Positions 51,103 to 59,086 of a stretch of DNA of 64,000 nucleotides are shown here, piece by piece; position 1 is the first letter of the stretch; every line of letters begins with the position of its first letter. The DNA comes from Sulfurospirillum sp. (GTDB lineage Bacteria > Campylobacterota > Campylobacteria > Campylobacterales > Sulfurospirillaceae). The translations under genes were made by a program, and so were the position numbers. The notes beneath the pieces were generated by a model, which did not search any database, was not told the origin of the DNA, and saw only the letters and a list, made by a program, of their open reading frames with translations. Location: contig JASFYR010000014.1 of the NCBI GenBank assembly GCA_045047115.1, positions 1 to 64,000 of the forward strand. The letters run 5' to 3'.

Positions 51103-52109
51103 TTTATCATATCCTTTTTTAAATAAAAATTTGTTTTTATTGTATCGCTACTATGTAAAGTGCATGTGTAGCCATTGTTTTTACATAGATTTTTTACGAT
51201 ACTTAATCCTAAGCCAAATCCACTAACTTTTCTGTTTTTACTTTGTGAGATAGTAAAAAAGGGCTCAAAAATTTTATCTTTAAACTCCTCTTCTATCTTT
51301 TTCCCACTATTTTCAAATACGATGATATGGTTTTTGTTATATACTTTTATATAGCCACAATCTGTGTATTTTACAGCATTGTTTAGTAGATTTAAAACTA
51401 CTTTTTTTAGATCAATTTTATTAAATTCCAGCAAAATTTTTTGATCTATATCGTTTATGTATTTTACACCTGTTTTTACTGCCAACAAAGGAAAAATTTC
51501 ATTTTGTATGAAAGAGTAAAGTTTTATGCCCTGTTTCATTTTGTGTTCTTGCATTGATGTTATAAATTCAAGCATATCTACTGTCAATTCATCTAAAAAC
51601 TTTATTTCCTCTTTCATGTGTGCAAGTGCCGAGGGTAGATCTTCACTTTTTATGAGCCCGTCTTCGAGTTCCTCTATATAGCCATTTAAGATGGTGATAG
51701 GGGTTTTTATATCGTGTGCCATAGAGATGAGTAGATTGGATAGATTTTGATTTTTTTGTTTTAAGTCATTTATGAGATTGTCTATACGATAAGATAGAAA
51801 ATTCATACTTTTGTTTATATCATCTATCTCTTTTATCATATTTTTGTCTAGATTTTTAGAAAAATCTTCACTCTTTATAGCCTCTAATCTTTTCTTGATG
51901 AAATCAAACTTTTTTGAGAGAAGATTTCCAAAAAGATAACTGATGAGTCCTATAAGAGGCAACATAAATAAAACTGTAAGTATGATCTTTAATACCATTG
52001 GCCAGCCTATCGGTGCACCTATGATAAGATATGTCATAAATGCACTTAGCCCTGATATAAAAAGTCCCGCCAAGATGTATATGATGATGATAAAAAGTTT
52101 AATTTTCAT
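51099..52109 (-). CDS. Sensor histidine kinase (two TM helices, very short extracytoplasmic loop, HAMP)
   Basis: AHDIKTPIT H-box, NLLNNAVKY, FEPFF and GFGLGLSIV. Confidence 0.9.
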   Translation of the reverse strand: MKIKLFIIIIYILAGLFISGLSAFMTYLIIGAPIGWPMVLKIILTVLFMLPLIGLISYLFGNLLSKKFDFIKKRLEAIKSEDFSKNLDKNMIKEIDDINKSMNFLSYRIDNLINDLKQKNQNLSNLLISMAHDIKTPITILNGYIEELEDGLIKSEDLPSALAHMKEEIKFLDELTVDMLEFITSMQEHKMKQGIKLYSFIQNEIFPLLAVKTGVKYINDIDQKILLEFNKIDLKKVVLNLLNNAVKYTDCGYIKVYNKNHIIVFENSGKKIEEEFKDKIFEPFFTISQSKNRKVSGFGLGLSIVKNLCKNNGYTCTLHSSDTIKTNFYLKKDMIK

Positions 52110-52782
52110 ATATCTTGTACCCCATACCTCTGACTGTTTTGATAACCTCTTTGTCGTAGTAGGTTTTTATCTTTTCTCTGATATGATAGACATGACTGTT
52201 TATACCTTGTTCATCTATCTCTCCAAAGTAATTATCATATATTAGCCCTGCCAAATCTGCTCGTGAAAAGACGATATTGTTGTGTTTAATGAGAGTAGAA
52301 AGTATCAGGTACTCGCTAGGTGTAAAGTCGATTTTAAAGCCGTTTATGACTATCTCTTTTGCCTCTTCATTCAGTATTATATCGCTAAAAGATTTGCTCT
52401 TTTGTGAGATAAGCTCCTCTTTTCTTTTTAATAAAGAATGAATTTTTATAGCCAGCTCTTTTGCTGAAAATGGTTTGGATATATAATCATCCACTCCGCA
52501 ATCATACCCTTTTGTCTTAAACTCCAAAGTATCAAGTGCACTAATCATCACGACTAAGCACTGTTTGGAATTTTTTCTTAAACTCTTGCATATCTTAAAT
52601 CCATCAACATGAGGGAGCATGATATCAAGAGTGATTAAGTCATAGTGATTTGAGGCTATCTTGCTCATAGCCTCTCGTCCATCATATGCTATATGAATAT
52701 CATAGAGAGTTTTATCGAGCCTATTTTCTATAAACTTTACGATACTCTCTTCATCTTCAACTATCAATATCTTTTTTTTCAT
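52099..52782 (-). CDS. OmpR-family response regulator
   Basis: IVEDE, LDIMLP, KPF and TVRGMGY; likely start ATG 52782 (the ORF extension upstream lies in the repeat element). Confidence 0.92.
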   Translation of the reverse strand: MKKKILIVEDEESIVKFIENRLDKTLYDIHIAYDGREAMSKIASNHYDLITLDIMLPHVDGFKICKSLRKNSKQCLVVMISALDTLEFKTKGYDCGVDDYISKPFSAKELAIKIHSLLKRKEELISQKSKSFSDIILNEEAKEIVINGFKIDFTPSEYLILSTLIKHNNIVFSRADLAGLIYDNYFGEIDEQGINSHVYHIREKIKTYYDKEVIKTVRGMGYKIYEN

Positions 52783-52855
52783 TTTATTGTCCCCTTTTTT
52801 AGGGGCAAAGCCCCTAAAAAATTCCTCGCACCATTGCACGAGCTTGCGCTCTGCA
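52783..52855 (-). repeat. Dispersed structured intergenic element, copy 4 (supplies the RBS of the response regulator)
   Basis: Minus strand reads GCAGAGCGCAAGCTCGTGCAATGGTGCGAGGAATTTTTTAGGGGCTTTGCCCCTAAAAAAGGGGACAATAAA-ATG; homologous to 74-147 with pairing-preserving stem changes. Confidence 0.85.
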
Positions 52856-52924
52856 CAGGAGGTTAGCTTGTTTACTGTATGTGCACAACGATACGCTTTG
52901 CCTTTGTTGTTTTTTTGGCTATTC

Positions 52925-53320
52925 TTATTTTATTATGTGCCAAACACCCTTTTTCCCATTGCCATTTGTATCACTTGGTTTTGTATCTTTGAAGAAGTAA
53001 TACAAGGGTTTGGATCTGTAAGTAGTTTGCATCATGCCATTTTTCCTTGTGATTACTCCAAAATTTGATTTTGATACATCACTTGGCAGTTTTATTTTAT
53101 CTAAATTACCATAAAATACAGGCCATTTTTTTTCACATCCATTGTAGCAGTTTGATTTGTTTGGCATATCTTTGTCAAATGTATATAGAGTCATGCCTCT
53201 ACTGTCACTTAAATGTGAAACCATTGGAGAATTTGTTTCTAAATTACTGTTGTATGTGGAGCAACCTGCAAAAAGCAGTGTGGTAGCCATGGCTGTTGTT
53301 AATAATAGTTTTGTTTTCAT
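52925..53320 (-). CDS. Secreted repeat lipoprotein (Lipoprotein_15/COG4315-like)
   Basis: Lipobox FAGC; GMTLYTFDKD...CYNGCEKKWP and QTTYRSKPLYYFFKD...G.WH. Confidence 0.85.
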   Translation of the reverse strand: MKTKLLLTTAMATTLLFAGCSTYNSNLETNSPMVSHLSDSRGMTLYTFDKDMPNKSNCYNGCEKKWPVFYGNLDKIKLPSDVSKSNFGVITRKNGMMQTTYRSKPLYYFFKDTKPSDTNGNGKKGVWHIIK

Positions 53321-53371
53321 ATTTTTTCCTTAAAATTTACAGACGACTTGCTAATTGTCTGCTTGTAAAGA

Positions 53372-53405
53372 ATTATAGTGGTTGTTTATGGAGATTTGAT
53401 GAAGA
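53372..53405 (-). promoter_or_regulatory. -10 box plus 11-bp tandem repeat (candidate OmpR-type binding site) for the lipoprotein-RR-HK-msrAB unit
   Basis: TATAAT on the - strand at 53372-77; TCTTCATCAAA/TCTCCATAAAC tandem at 53384-53405 (8/11 identical). Confidence 0.5.
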
Positions 53406-53457
53406 TAGAATATATTTATCATTTATCGGTATAATTCCTATAAAAAAGGATAGATAT

Positions 53458-53925
53458 ATGTTAGAGATAGATCAAAAAGCACCAGAGTTTTGTTTACCAA
53501 ATCAGGATGAGGTGGAGATATGCTTGAGGGATTTAAAAGGAAAGTGGATAGTTTTGTATTTTTACCCCAAAGACAATACTCCCGGATGCACAACTGAAGC
53601 TTGTGAATTTACAGAGGCACTGCCTGATTTTGAAGGATTGGATGCTGTGATATTGGGAGTCAGTCCGGATAATCCTAAAAAACACAGAAATTTTATAGAA
53701 AAAAAAGATTTACAAATCACGCTTTTAGCAGATGTTGATAAAGAAGTTTTGGAAAACTATGGTGTTTGGCAACTAAAAAAGATGTACGGTAGAGAGTACA
53801 TGGGTGTAGTCCGCTCCACTTTTATAATCTCCCCGGATGGTAAAATCAAAGCGATATGGAATAAGGTAAAAGTCAAAGGACATGTAGAAACTGTAAAAGA
53901 GAAACTAAAAGATTTACAAGCTTAA
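53458..53925 (+). CDS. bcp: Thioredoxin-dependent peroxiredoxin BCP
   Basis: YFYPKDNTPGCTTEAC and RSTF; RBS AAGGA before ATG 53458. Confidence 0.95.
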   Translation: MLEIDQKAPEFCLPNQDEVEICLRDLKGKWIVLYFYPKDNTPGCTTEACEFTEALPDFEGLDAVILGVSPDNPKKHRNFIEKKDLQITLLADVDKEVLENYGVWQLKKMYGREYMGVVRSTFIISPDGKIKAIWNKVKVKGHVETVKEKLKDLQA

Positions 53926-54124
53926 AAGCAATAGGGGCAGAAATTTTGTAAAACAGTCTGTCTCTTCTAATTCTCATTCAATACTCCTGTAAATTATTTA
54001 CATCGAGTATATTTAAATTTAGAAAATATCTATTTCTTAAATTATTCTTACATGTCGTTTGAGTTCGGACACTCGTGCTGTTTCAAATCGATAGTTGGGG
54101 GTTGACCAGTTTTATGTTTTAAGG

Positions 54125-54174
54125 TGGTGCACTTTTTCTCTGCATTTTGGTACATTTCTGGGTTGCACTTGACA
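54125..54174. mobile_element. Isolated IS21-family-like terminal end
   Basis: Two 20-nt imperfect repeats, TGGTGCACTTTTTCTCTGCA and TGGTACATTTCTGGGTTGCA, ending in ...TTGACA-3' directly abutting the IS256 transposase fragment. Confidence 0.55.
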
Positions 54175-54412
54175 CAGATATACGTAAAGTTATCTATGCA
54201 ACTAATATTATAGAATCTGTACATAAACAATTTAGAAAATTGACTAAAACCAAAGGAGCATTTCCAAATGAAAATAGTTTGTTAAATTACTCTATATGGG
54301 CATCCAAAATGCTCAAAAAAAGTGGAATATACCTGTTTGGAATTGGAGTCCTACCCTCTCTCAATTGGCTATATTTTTCGAGGGTAGACTGGATAGTGAG
54401 CTTAAAATTTAA
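54175..54412 (+). pseudogene. IS256-family transposase 3' fragment, frameshifted
   Basis: ...GAFPNENSLL, a frameshift near 54285, then LLYMGIQNAQKKWNIPVWNWSPTLSQLAIFFEGRL, stop at 54410-12. Confidence 0.8.
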
Positions 54413-54495
54413 GCTTTGGTGTGATAGGATTACTCCTATCAGAATTTATGTGACACGGAATTTTAAACGCTCTCCGATAGTGTGAGTTGTTAACT

Positions 54496-55164
54496 TTAGT
54501 TTGCTCTAAGATGAGGGTCAAAAACATTTTGATTGTCTTGTTCTATTATGGCATTTCTAAAATCTATGCAACTTTTAAAAGACCAAAAACTATAATTTTC
54601 ACTTTCAATTCTTTCATTATAAAATTTTTTAGTAGACTCATTTTTACTATTAACGCCATTTAGTATATTATTTCTTATAATGTTAATATAATCATTTTGA
54701 ATAATTACTTTAAATTCTTGTTTTATTTCACTCTGTACTAAATAAGAAATTAGTATTAATATATAAAAATAAAGTCCTGGCATACTCTGGTTATTTCCAA
54801 TGTATAACCCAAAACAAATAAATACAAAAACAAACGTATTAAGCCTTACAATAGTTTCTATTCCTCTTTCATTATTTAAAAAAGGTAACTTTTTTTCAAG
54901 TATCATTGACATAATCTTTTGTCTTTCTTTTTCTCTTAAGTAAGAATATATTAAATAGATTACTCCAAAAGCAATATAAAAAAACAATAACTGTTTATAA
55001 TCCCAAATTGGAATAAATAAATAAACAGATGATAGTCCTATAAACAACAATAGTATCAAAGACACAATTTGACTTTCACGTATTTCATCAATTAATTCTG
55101 TTCTTTGAGATTCTAATAACTTATCAACAAATTGATCTGTTTTATGTTTAGTATCTTCATTCAA
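54496..55164 (-). CDS. Hypothetical 4-TM membrane protein, very AT-rich
   Basis: Intact 222-aa ORF; GGAG RBS before TTG; four hydrophobic segments. Confidence 0.6.
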   Translation of the reverse strand: MNEDTKHKTDQFVDKLLESQRTELIDEIRESQIVSLILLLFIGLSSVYLFIPIWDYKQLLFFYIAFGVIYLIYSYLREKERQKIMSMILEKKLPFLNNERGIETIVRLNTFVFVFICFGLYIGNNQSMPGLYFYILILISYLVQSEIKQEFKVIIQNDYINIIRNNILNGVNSKNESTKKFYNERIESENYSFWSFKSCIDFRNAIIEQDNQNVFDPHLRAN

Positions 55165-55297
55165 TTTTAAATCTCCGTATAATTTTATTTTTAATTTTAT
55201 TTTTAAAATTCATACTTGCACTAGGTTTATCTCGTGCGATATATTCTAAAATATGTTTTAATTGTCTTGAAAATGTTGGCTTATGTATAATTTTCAT
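55157..55297 (-). pseudogene. Truncated RelE/ParE-family toxin (46 aa)
   Basis: ATGA-coupled to the upstream antitoxin; MKIIHKPTFSRQLKHILEYIARDKPSASMNFKNKI matches a ParE-type N-terminus, and the C-terminal half is missing. Confidence 0.7.
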
Positions 55298-55539
55298 TTT
55301 TGCAATGATTGTGTAAAGTTATCTATATCTTCCCAAAAATCTTCATTATTAATCATTTTAACTTTTCCATTGTCAATATCATCAATATCTTGTTGAAGCT
55401 GTTGTTTTCTTTCATAAAAGTATGGGTCATATTCTAAGTTCTTGTCTTTTTTTAGCTGTACTTTATCCTTGTAATGGTCAATTATCGTTAAAAAATCTTG
55501 TACAAAATTATCCTGAACATTTACTGTTAATGTTTGCAT
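55294..55539 (-). CDS. Type II antitoxin-like protein
   Basis: 81 aa, MQTLTVNV beta start, acidic C-terminus; directly upstream of the ParE-like fragment. Confidence 0.7.
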   Translation of the reverse strand: MQTLTVNVQDNFVQDFLTIIDHYKDKVQLKKDKNLEYDPYFYERKQQLQQDIDDIDNGKVKMINNEDFWEDIDNFTQSLQK

Positions 55540-55569
55540 AATAAACTCCCTCACACATTTACTTTTTAT

Positions 55570-55611
55570 ATTATAGCAAAACTTAAAATAATAAGTATTT
55601 AAGTTTTGCTA
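55570..55611 (-). promoter_or_regulatory. TA promoter (TGCTATAAT) overlapped by a 14-bp inverted-repeat operator
   Basis: TAGCAAAACTTAAA (55574-87) / TTTAAGTTTTGCTA (55598-611); extended -10 on the - strand at 55570-78. Confidence 0.6.
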
Positions 55612-55619
55612 ATAATTTT

Positions 55620-56002
55620 TTATTTTGCATTCTCACGCATTTTTTTCAATAATGCTCCTGCAATAAGCTGATTTTGAGGTACACCATTGATTTCAAATGC
55701 TTGATATTTAAAAGATGTTCCGCCATTAATTAATGTTTTCATTGTAAAGCCACTAGCAATTGTCAGAAATACTGTCAAAGCAACATTTGCCCATTTAAAA
55801 TCTTGTTTTCCAATTAGTAAATCTTTTCTTGCATTTTTACCTGCAATAATTCCGATAATAAGTCCAAATAATGGAAATGCTCCAATTATCGCATAAATAA
55901 TACCTTTTTTTAAACTTTTCCATAACCAACATAATAATATGGTGCAAAAAAGAAACCTAACCAACTCCAACTTTTTTTCTCTTCGATTTGATTTTCTGAG
56001 AT
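55620..56002 (-). pseudogene. Frameshifted membrane-protein gene (DUF2628-like N-terminal motif)
   Basis: AAGGAGG RBS, then ATC (mutated ATG?) SENQIEEKKSWSWLGFFFAPYYYVGYGKV*; continues in another frame as LKKGIIYAIIGAFPLFG... Confidence 0.6.
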
Positions 56003-56106
56003 GAAAATCCTCCTTATGATTTTTTTAGACTAATAAATTAGCCATATTTAAAACCACTTAGAAGTTATGATTTTATATACAACGGTCGCGCCCGCATAGC
56101 GGGTAC

Positions 56107-56164
56107 GAACAACGGTCGACTTCACCAACAGGCTTACCTGTTCGATGCTAGGTTTTTGTTATGA
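56107..56164 (-). other. attC-like integron cassette recombination site
   Basis: Minus strand TCATAAC-AAAAAC-CTAGCATC-GAACAGG TAAG CCTGTT-GGTGAAG-TCGACC-GTTGTTC: AAC/GTT ends, L boxes with one extra base and a central hairpin. Confidence 0.45.
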
Positions 56165-56190
56165 GACTTATTGTCCATGGACTCTTTGCC
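56165..56190 (+). promoter_or_regulatory. C-box operator of an R-M controller protein
   Basis: GACTTATTGTC-CATG-GACTCTTTGCC: two 11-bp boxes with a 4-nt spacer, 22 nt before the XRE gene; resembles the GACTTATAGTC boxes of C.AhdI/C.Esp1396I. Confidence 0.6.
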
Positions 56191-56212
56191 ATAATTATTA
56201 TACAATTATTTT

Positions 56213-56434
56213 ATGAAAAATAAAGAACAAAAACTAATTTTACTAGGTAGTAAAGTTAAACTATTTAGGCAAGAAATAGGTCTTTCTCAAGAAAAACTAG
56301 CTGAAATATGTGAATTTGATAGAATATATTTTAGCTTAATTGAACGAGGACAAAAGAATATATCTTTTATAAATCTTTTAAAGCTTGCTAAAGGTTTAAA
56401 TATTACTCCTTCTGAATTGATTGAGGATTTTTAA
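56213..56434 (+). CDS. XRE-family HTH protein, probable restriction-modification controller (C protein)
   Basis: GLSQEKLAE...YFSLIERGQKNISFINLLKLAKGL; upstream C-box. Confidence 0.8.
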   Translation: MKNKEQKLILLGSKVKLFRQEIGLSQEKLAEICEFDRIYFSLIERGQKNISFINLLKLAKGLNITPSELIEDF

Positions 56435-56535
56435 TATGACAATTCAAGAAGCAATAAATAATTTTAAAAACCTTATTAATGGGGCTATTTTATATTATCT
56501 GCATTATCGGACAAAATGTCTTTTTTGATTCTTAC

Positions 56536-57438
56536 TTAATTTTTTCGTTTTTTGGTAGATATGCTGAGCCATAAACCAAAGCCTATGCAAAAAGCTCCTA
56601 CTATATGATAGAGATGTATGCTCTCATTTAGAAAGATGACTGCCATAAAAGCACCAAAAAGGGGCATTAAATGGATGTATTGTCCACCTAGTGATGCTCC
56701 TAGTTTGTGCATACCGTGATTCCATGCTATATATGATATGATAGAGGGAAATATTGCTATATATATGATGGCCATCACCATCTCTTGATTCCATATGATA
56801 TTTGATTCACCGAATGGATCAAACAGAAAAACAGGGTACAAAACAAGAGTTCCTATCATCATCATAATTCCCAAAAATGCCAAAGGTTTTAACTCTATCG
56901 GTCTTAGGTGTTTGAGCAGAATGGAGTACATAGCCCAATCAAGCGCAGCTAACAACATCCATAAGTCTCCCTTATTTACATGTAGAGCTAAAATCGTCTC
57001 TATATTTAGTTTTGAGATGATGGCAAGCACACCGCCAAGAGAGATAAAAACCCCTGCTATCTGTTTGTTTGAGATTTTTTCACTAAAAAACAGAGCTGAG
57101 ATTATGAGTATAAAAATAGGGATAAACGAGTTTAAAAGTATGGCATTTGTGGCGGTTGTATATTGGAGGCTTATGTATGCAAGTGAGTTGAAAGTGCTGA
57201 TACTCAATATCGCAAGCAGTGTGATGCGCCAAAAGTATCTTTTGATTATATCTCTTTGCTCCCAAATCGATTTTATAGCAAAAGGAGTGATGATTAAAGT
57301 AGCGTAAAACCACCTCCAAAAAGAGAGTCCCAAAGGTGCGTGTTGATTGGATACCGCCCTGCCGACTATAAAATTTCCAGCCCAAAAAAGGGGTGGTAGA
57401 ATCATGATGATGTAAGGTAGATAGTTTTTCGTTTTCAT
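56536..57438 (-). CDS. DMT/EamA family transporter
   Basis: FWAGNF, two EamA repeats, ~10 TM helices. Confidence 0.9.
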   Translation of the reverse strand: MKTKNYLPYIIMILPPLFWAGNFIVGRAVSNQHAPLGLSFWRWFYATLIITPFAIKSIWEQRDIIKRYFWRITLLAILSISTFNSLAYISLQYTTATNAILLNSFIPIFILIISALFFSEKISNKQIAGVFISLGGVLAIISKLNIETILALHVNKGDLWMLLAALDWAMYSILLKHLRPIELKPLAFLGIMMMIGTLVLYPVFLFDPFGESNIIWNQEMVMAIIYIAIFPSIISYIAWNHGMHKLGASLGGQYIHLMPLFGAFMAVIFLNESIHLYHIVGAFCIGFGLWLSISTKKRKN

Positions 57439-57508
57439 TATTTTCTTATTGTAGCTAAGTTTAGCTAATTTTGATATAATCGAAAAAATGTTAATAGGAA
57501 TATAAAAA

Positions 57509-58597
57509 TTGTTAGTTCATATATGTTGTTCGGTTGATAGTCACTTTTTTCTACAAAAACTCTCCAAACTCTACCCGGAAAAAGAGTTGATAGGCTACTT
57601 TTATGACCCAAATATCCATCCCTACAGTGAATACAAACTTCGACTTTTGGATGTGCAAAGAAGTTGTGATAAGCTGGGTGTAAAACTGATAGAAGGCGAG
57701 TATGACTATGAGGGTTGGATTGATGCTGTAAAAGGCTTGGAAGATGAGCCTGAAAAAGGCAAAAGATGTAGTGTTTGTTTTGACAATAGGTTGGTGAATA
57801 CAGCGATAAAAGCACTAAAAATAGGTGAAACAGAGATAACGACTACACTACTAACAAGCCCAAAAAAATCGATAGAACAATTAAGAAAAAATGCTAAAGA
57901 GATAGAAGAGAAATATAGTGTAAAAGTGTTTACACCAGACTTTAGAAAAGGAGGTGGTACGAGTGAGCAGTTTGCGTTAGCAAAAAAAGATATGCTTTAT
58001 CATCAAAACTACTGTGGGTGTCTTTTTGCATTGAGTGCCCAAAGAGAGTCTCAAAACAGACTCAAGGATGAACTGATGTCACCAATTACCAGGCAGATAC
58101 TGCCCTCAAGCATAGAGGAGCGAATTGAGCTCTATGTCGAGGTAGACAGATGTGAAAAACATAATGCAAAATTTATGCTTAAAAGAGAAAAATTTTTAAA
58201 TTTTAGACTTTTAAGAGCATTTGTAAAAGAGGCCAAGGGAGAGGTTATACCCAGTTATTTTTTATTTTATTCAAAACTACAAAGAGTTTTTGCAAAAGGA
58301 AAAATAACTCATATCAAGGATGGTATAGGCTATTTTAGCAGAGAAGAGATACTCTTTTTATCCCTTGAAAAGTTTAATGATATAGCAAAAACCAAGTACA
58401 AAAACATAAATGATATGATAAAAAAATCTCTACATGTAGAGGATGAGCTGAAAGTCAGAACAGCTCTCTCCAGCACGATTTTACCAACACTGTCACCCAT
58501 AGTAATTTTAGATGATATCAAAACCCAAAAATATGAAATTTATCTAAATGCAATTATATATGAAGATGTTAGGGAAAATTTAGTAAAAATTGGATAA
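57509..58597 (+). CDS. queH: Epoxyqueuosine reductase QueH with C-terminal extension
   Basis: HICCSVDS, PNIHPYSEY, EPEKGKRCSVC and YHQNYCGC; TTG start; TGATATAAT at 57472-80. Confidence 0.88.
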   Translation: MLVHICCSVDSHFFLQKLSKLYPEKELIGYFYDPNIHPYSEYKLRLLDVQRSCDKLGVKLIEGEYDYEGWIDAVKGLEDEPEKGKRCSVCFDNRLVNTAIKALKIGETEITTTLLTSPKKSIEQLRKNAKEIEEKYSVKVFTPDFRKGGGTSEQFALAKKDMLYHQNYCGCLFALSAQRESQNRLKDELMSPITRQILPSSIEERIELYVEVDRCEKHNAKFMLKREKFLNFRLLRAFVKEAKGEVIPSYFLFYSKLQRVFAKGKITHIKDGIGYFSREEILFLSLEKFNDIAKTKYKNINDMIKKSLHVEDELKVRTALSSTILPTLSPIVILDDIKTQKYEIYLNAIIYEDVRENLVKIG

Positions 58598-58626
58598 AAT
58601 AGTTAAATTTTATTAAAGGCAAAAAA

Positions 58627-59076
58627 TTGATAATAGATGTAGTAGAAATTCAAAAAATATTACCCCACAGACCCCCGTTTTTGTTAATTGATAGAGTGAT
58701 TGGGCTCGAAGCCGGTAAATCAATAGAAGGCTATAAAAATGTAACTATTCAGGAGCCTGTCTTTGGCGGACATTTTCCTGGACATCCTATATATCCCGGA
58801 GTTATGATTATAGAAGGCATGGCACAAGCAGGTGGTATATTGGCTTTTAAGAGCATGGATGAAGAGGGGCAGGAGGATACAAAAGAGAAAGTTGTTTACT
58901 TTATGAGTATAGACAAAGCAAAATTTCGCTCTCCTGTCAGGCCTGGGGATAAGCTTGTCTATAGACTAAGTGTTGTTAAGCACAGAGGTGCTATCTGGGT
59001 GCTTGAAGGTAAAGCTTTCGTGGATGACAAGCTGGTAGCAGAGGCTGAGTTAAAAGCTATGATAGTCGATAAATAG
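58627..59076 (+). CDS. fabZ: 3-hydroxyacyl-ACP dehydratase
   Basis: [11 protein letters not shown] and [20 protein letters not shown]. Confidence 0.96.
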   Translation: MIIDVVEIQKILPHRPPFLLIDRVIGLEAGKSIEGYKNVTIQEPVFGGHFPGHPIYPGVMIIEGMAQAGGILAFKSMDEEGQEDTKEKVVYFMSIDKAKFRSPVRPGDKLVYRLSVVKHRGAIWVLEGKAFVDDKLVAEAELKAMIVDK

Positions 59077-59086
59077 AGTAAAAATT

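Larger units (their letters stand above)
54097..54474 (+). mobile_element. Internally deleted IS256-family remnant
   Basis: Transposase C-terminus (IRKVIYATNIIESVHKQFRKLTKTKGAFPNE...); right end TGACACGGAATTTTAAACGCTCTC (54451-74); flanking direct repeat CGATAGT at 54089-95 and 54475-81. Confidence 0.75.

Noticed and set aside
52783..53068. 19-aa N-terminal extension of the response regulator (MQWCEEFF...) and the 93-aa + strand ORF
   Set aside because: Both are read through the repeat element; the REC domain begins at ATG 52782 with a proper RBS
53296..53457. Extended N-terminus of Bcp in the ORF track
   Set aside because: It spans the divergent promoter region; the RBS and family start are at 53458
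54048..54485. ORFs 54048-54230 (-) and 54147-54485 (+) as real genes
   Set aside because: Chimeric read-through of IS ends and a frameshifted transposase fragment
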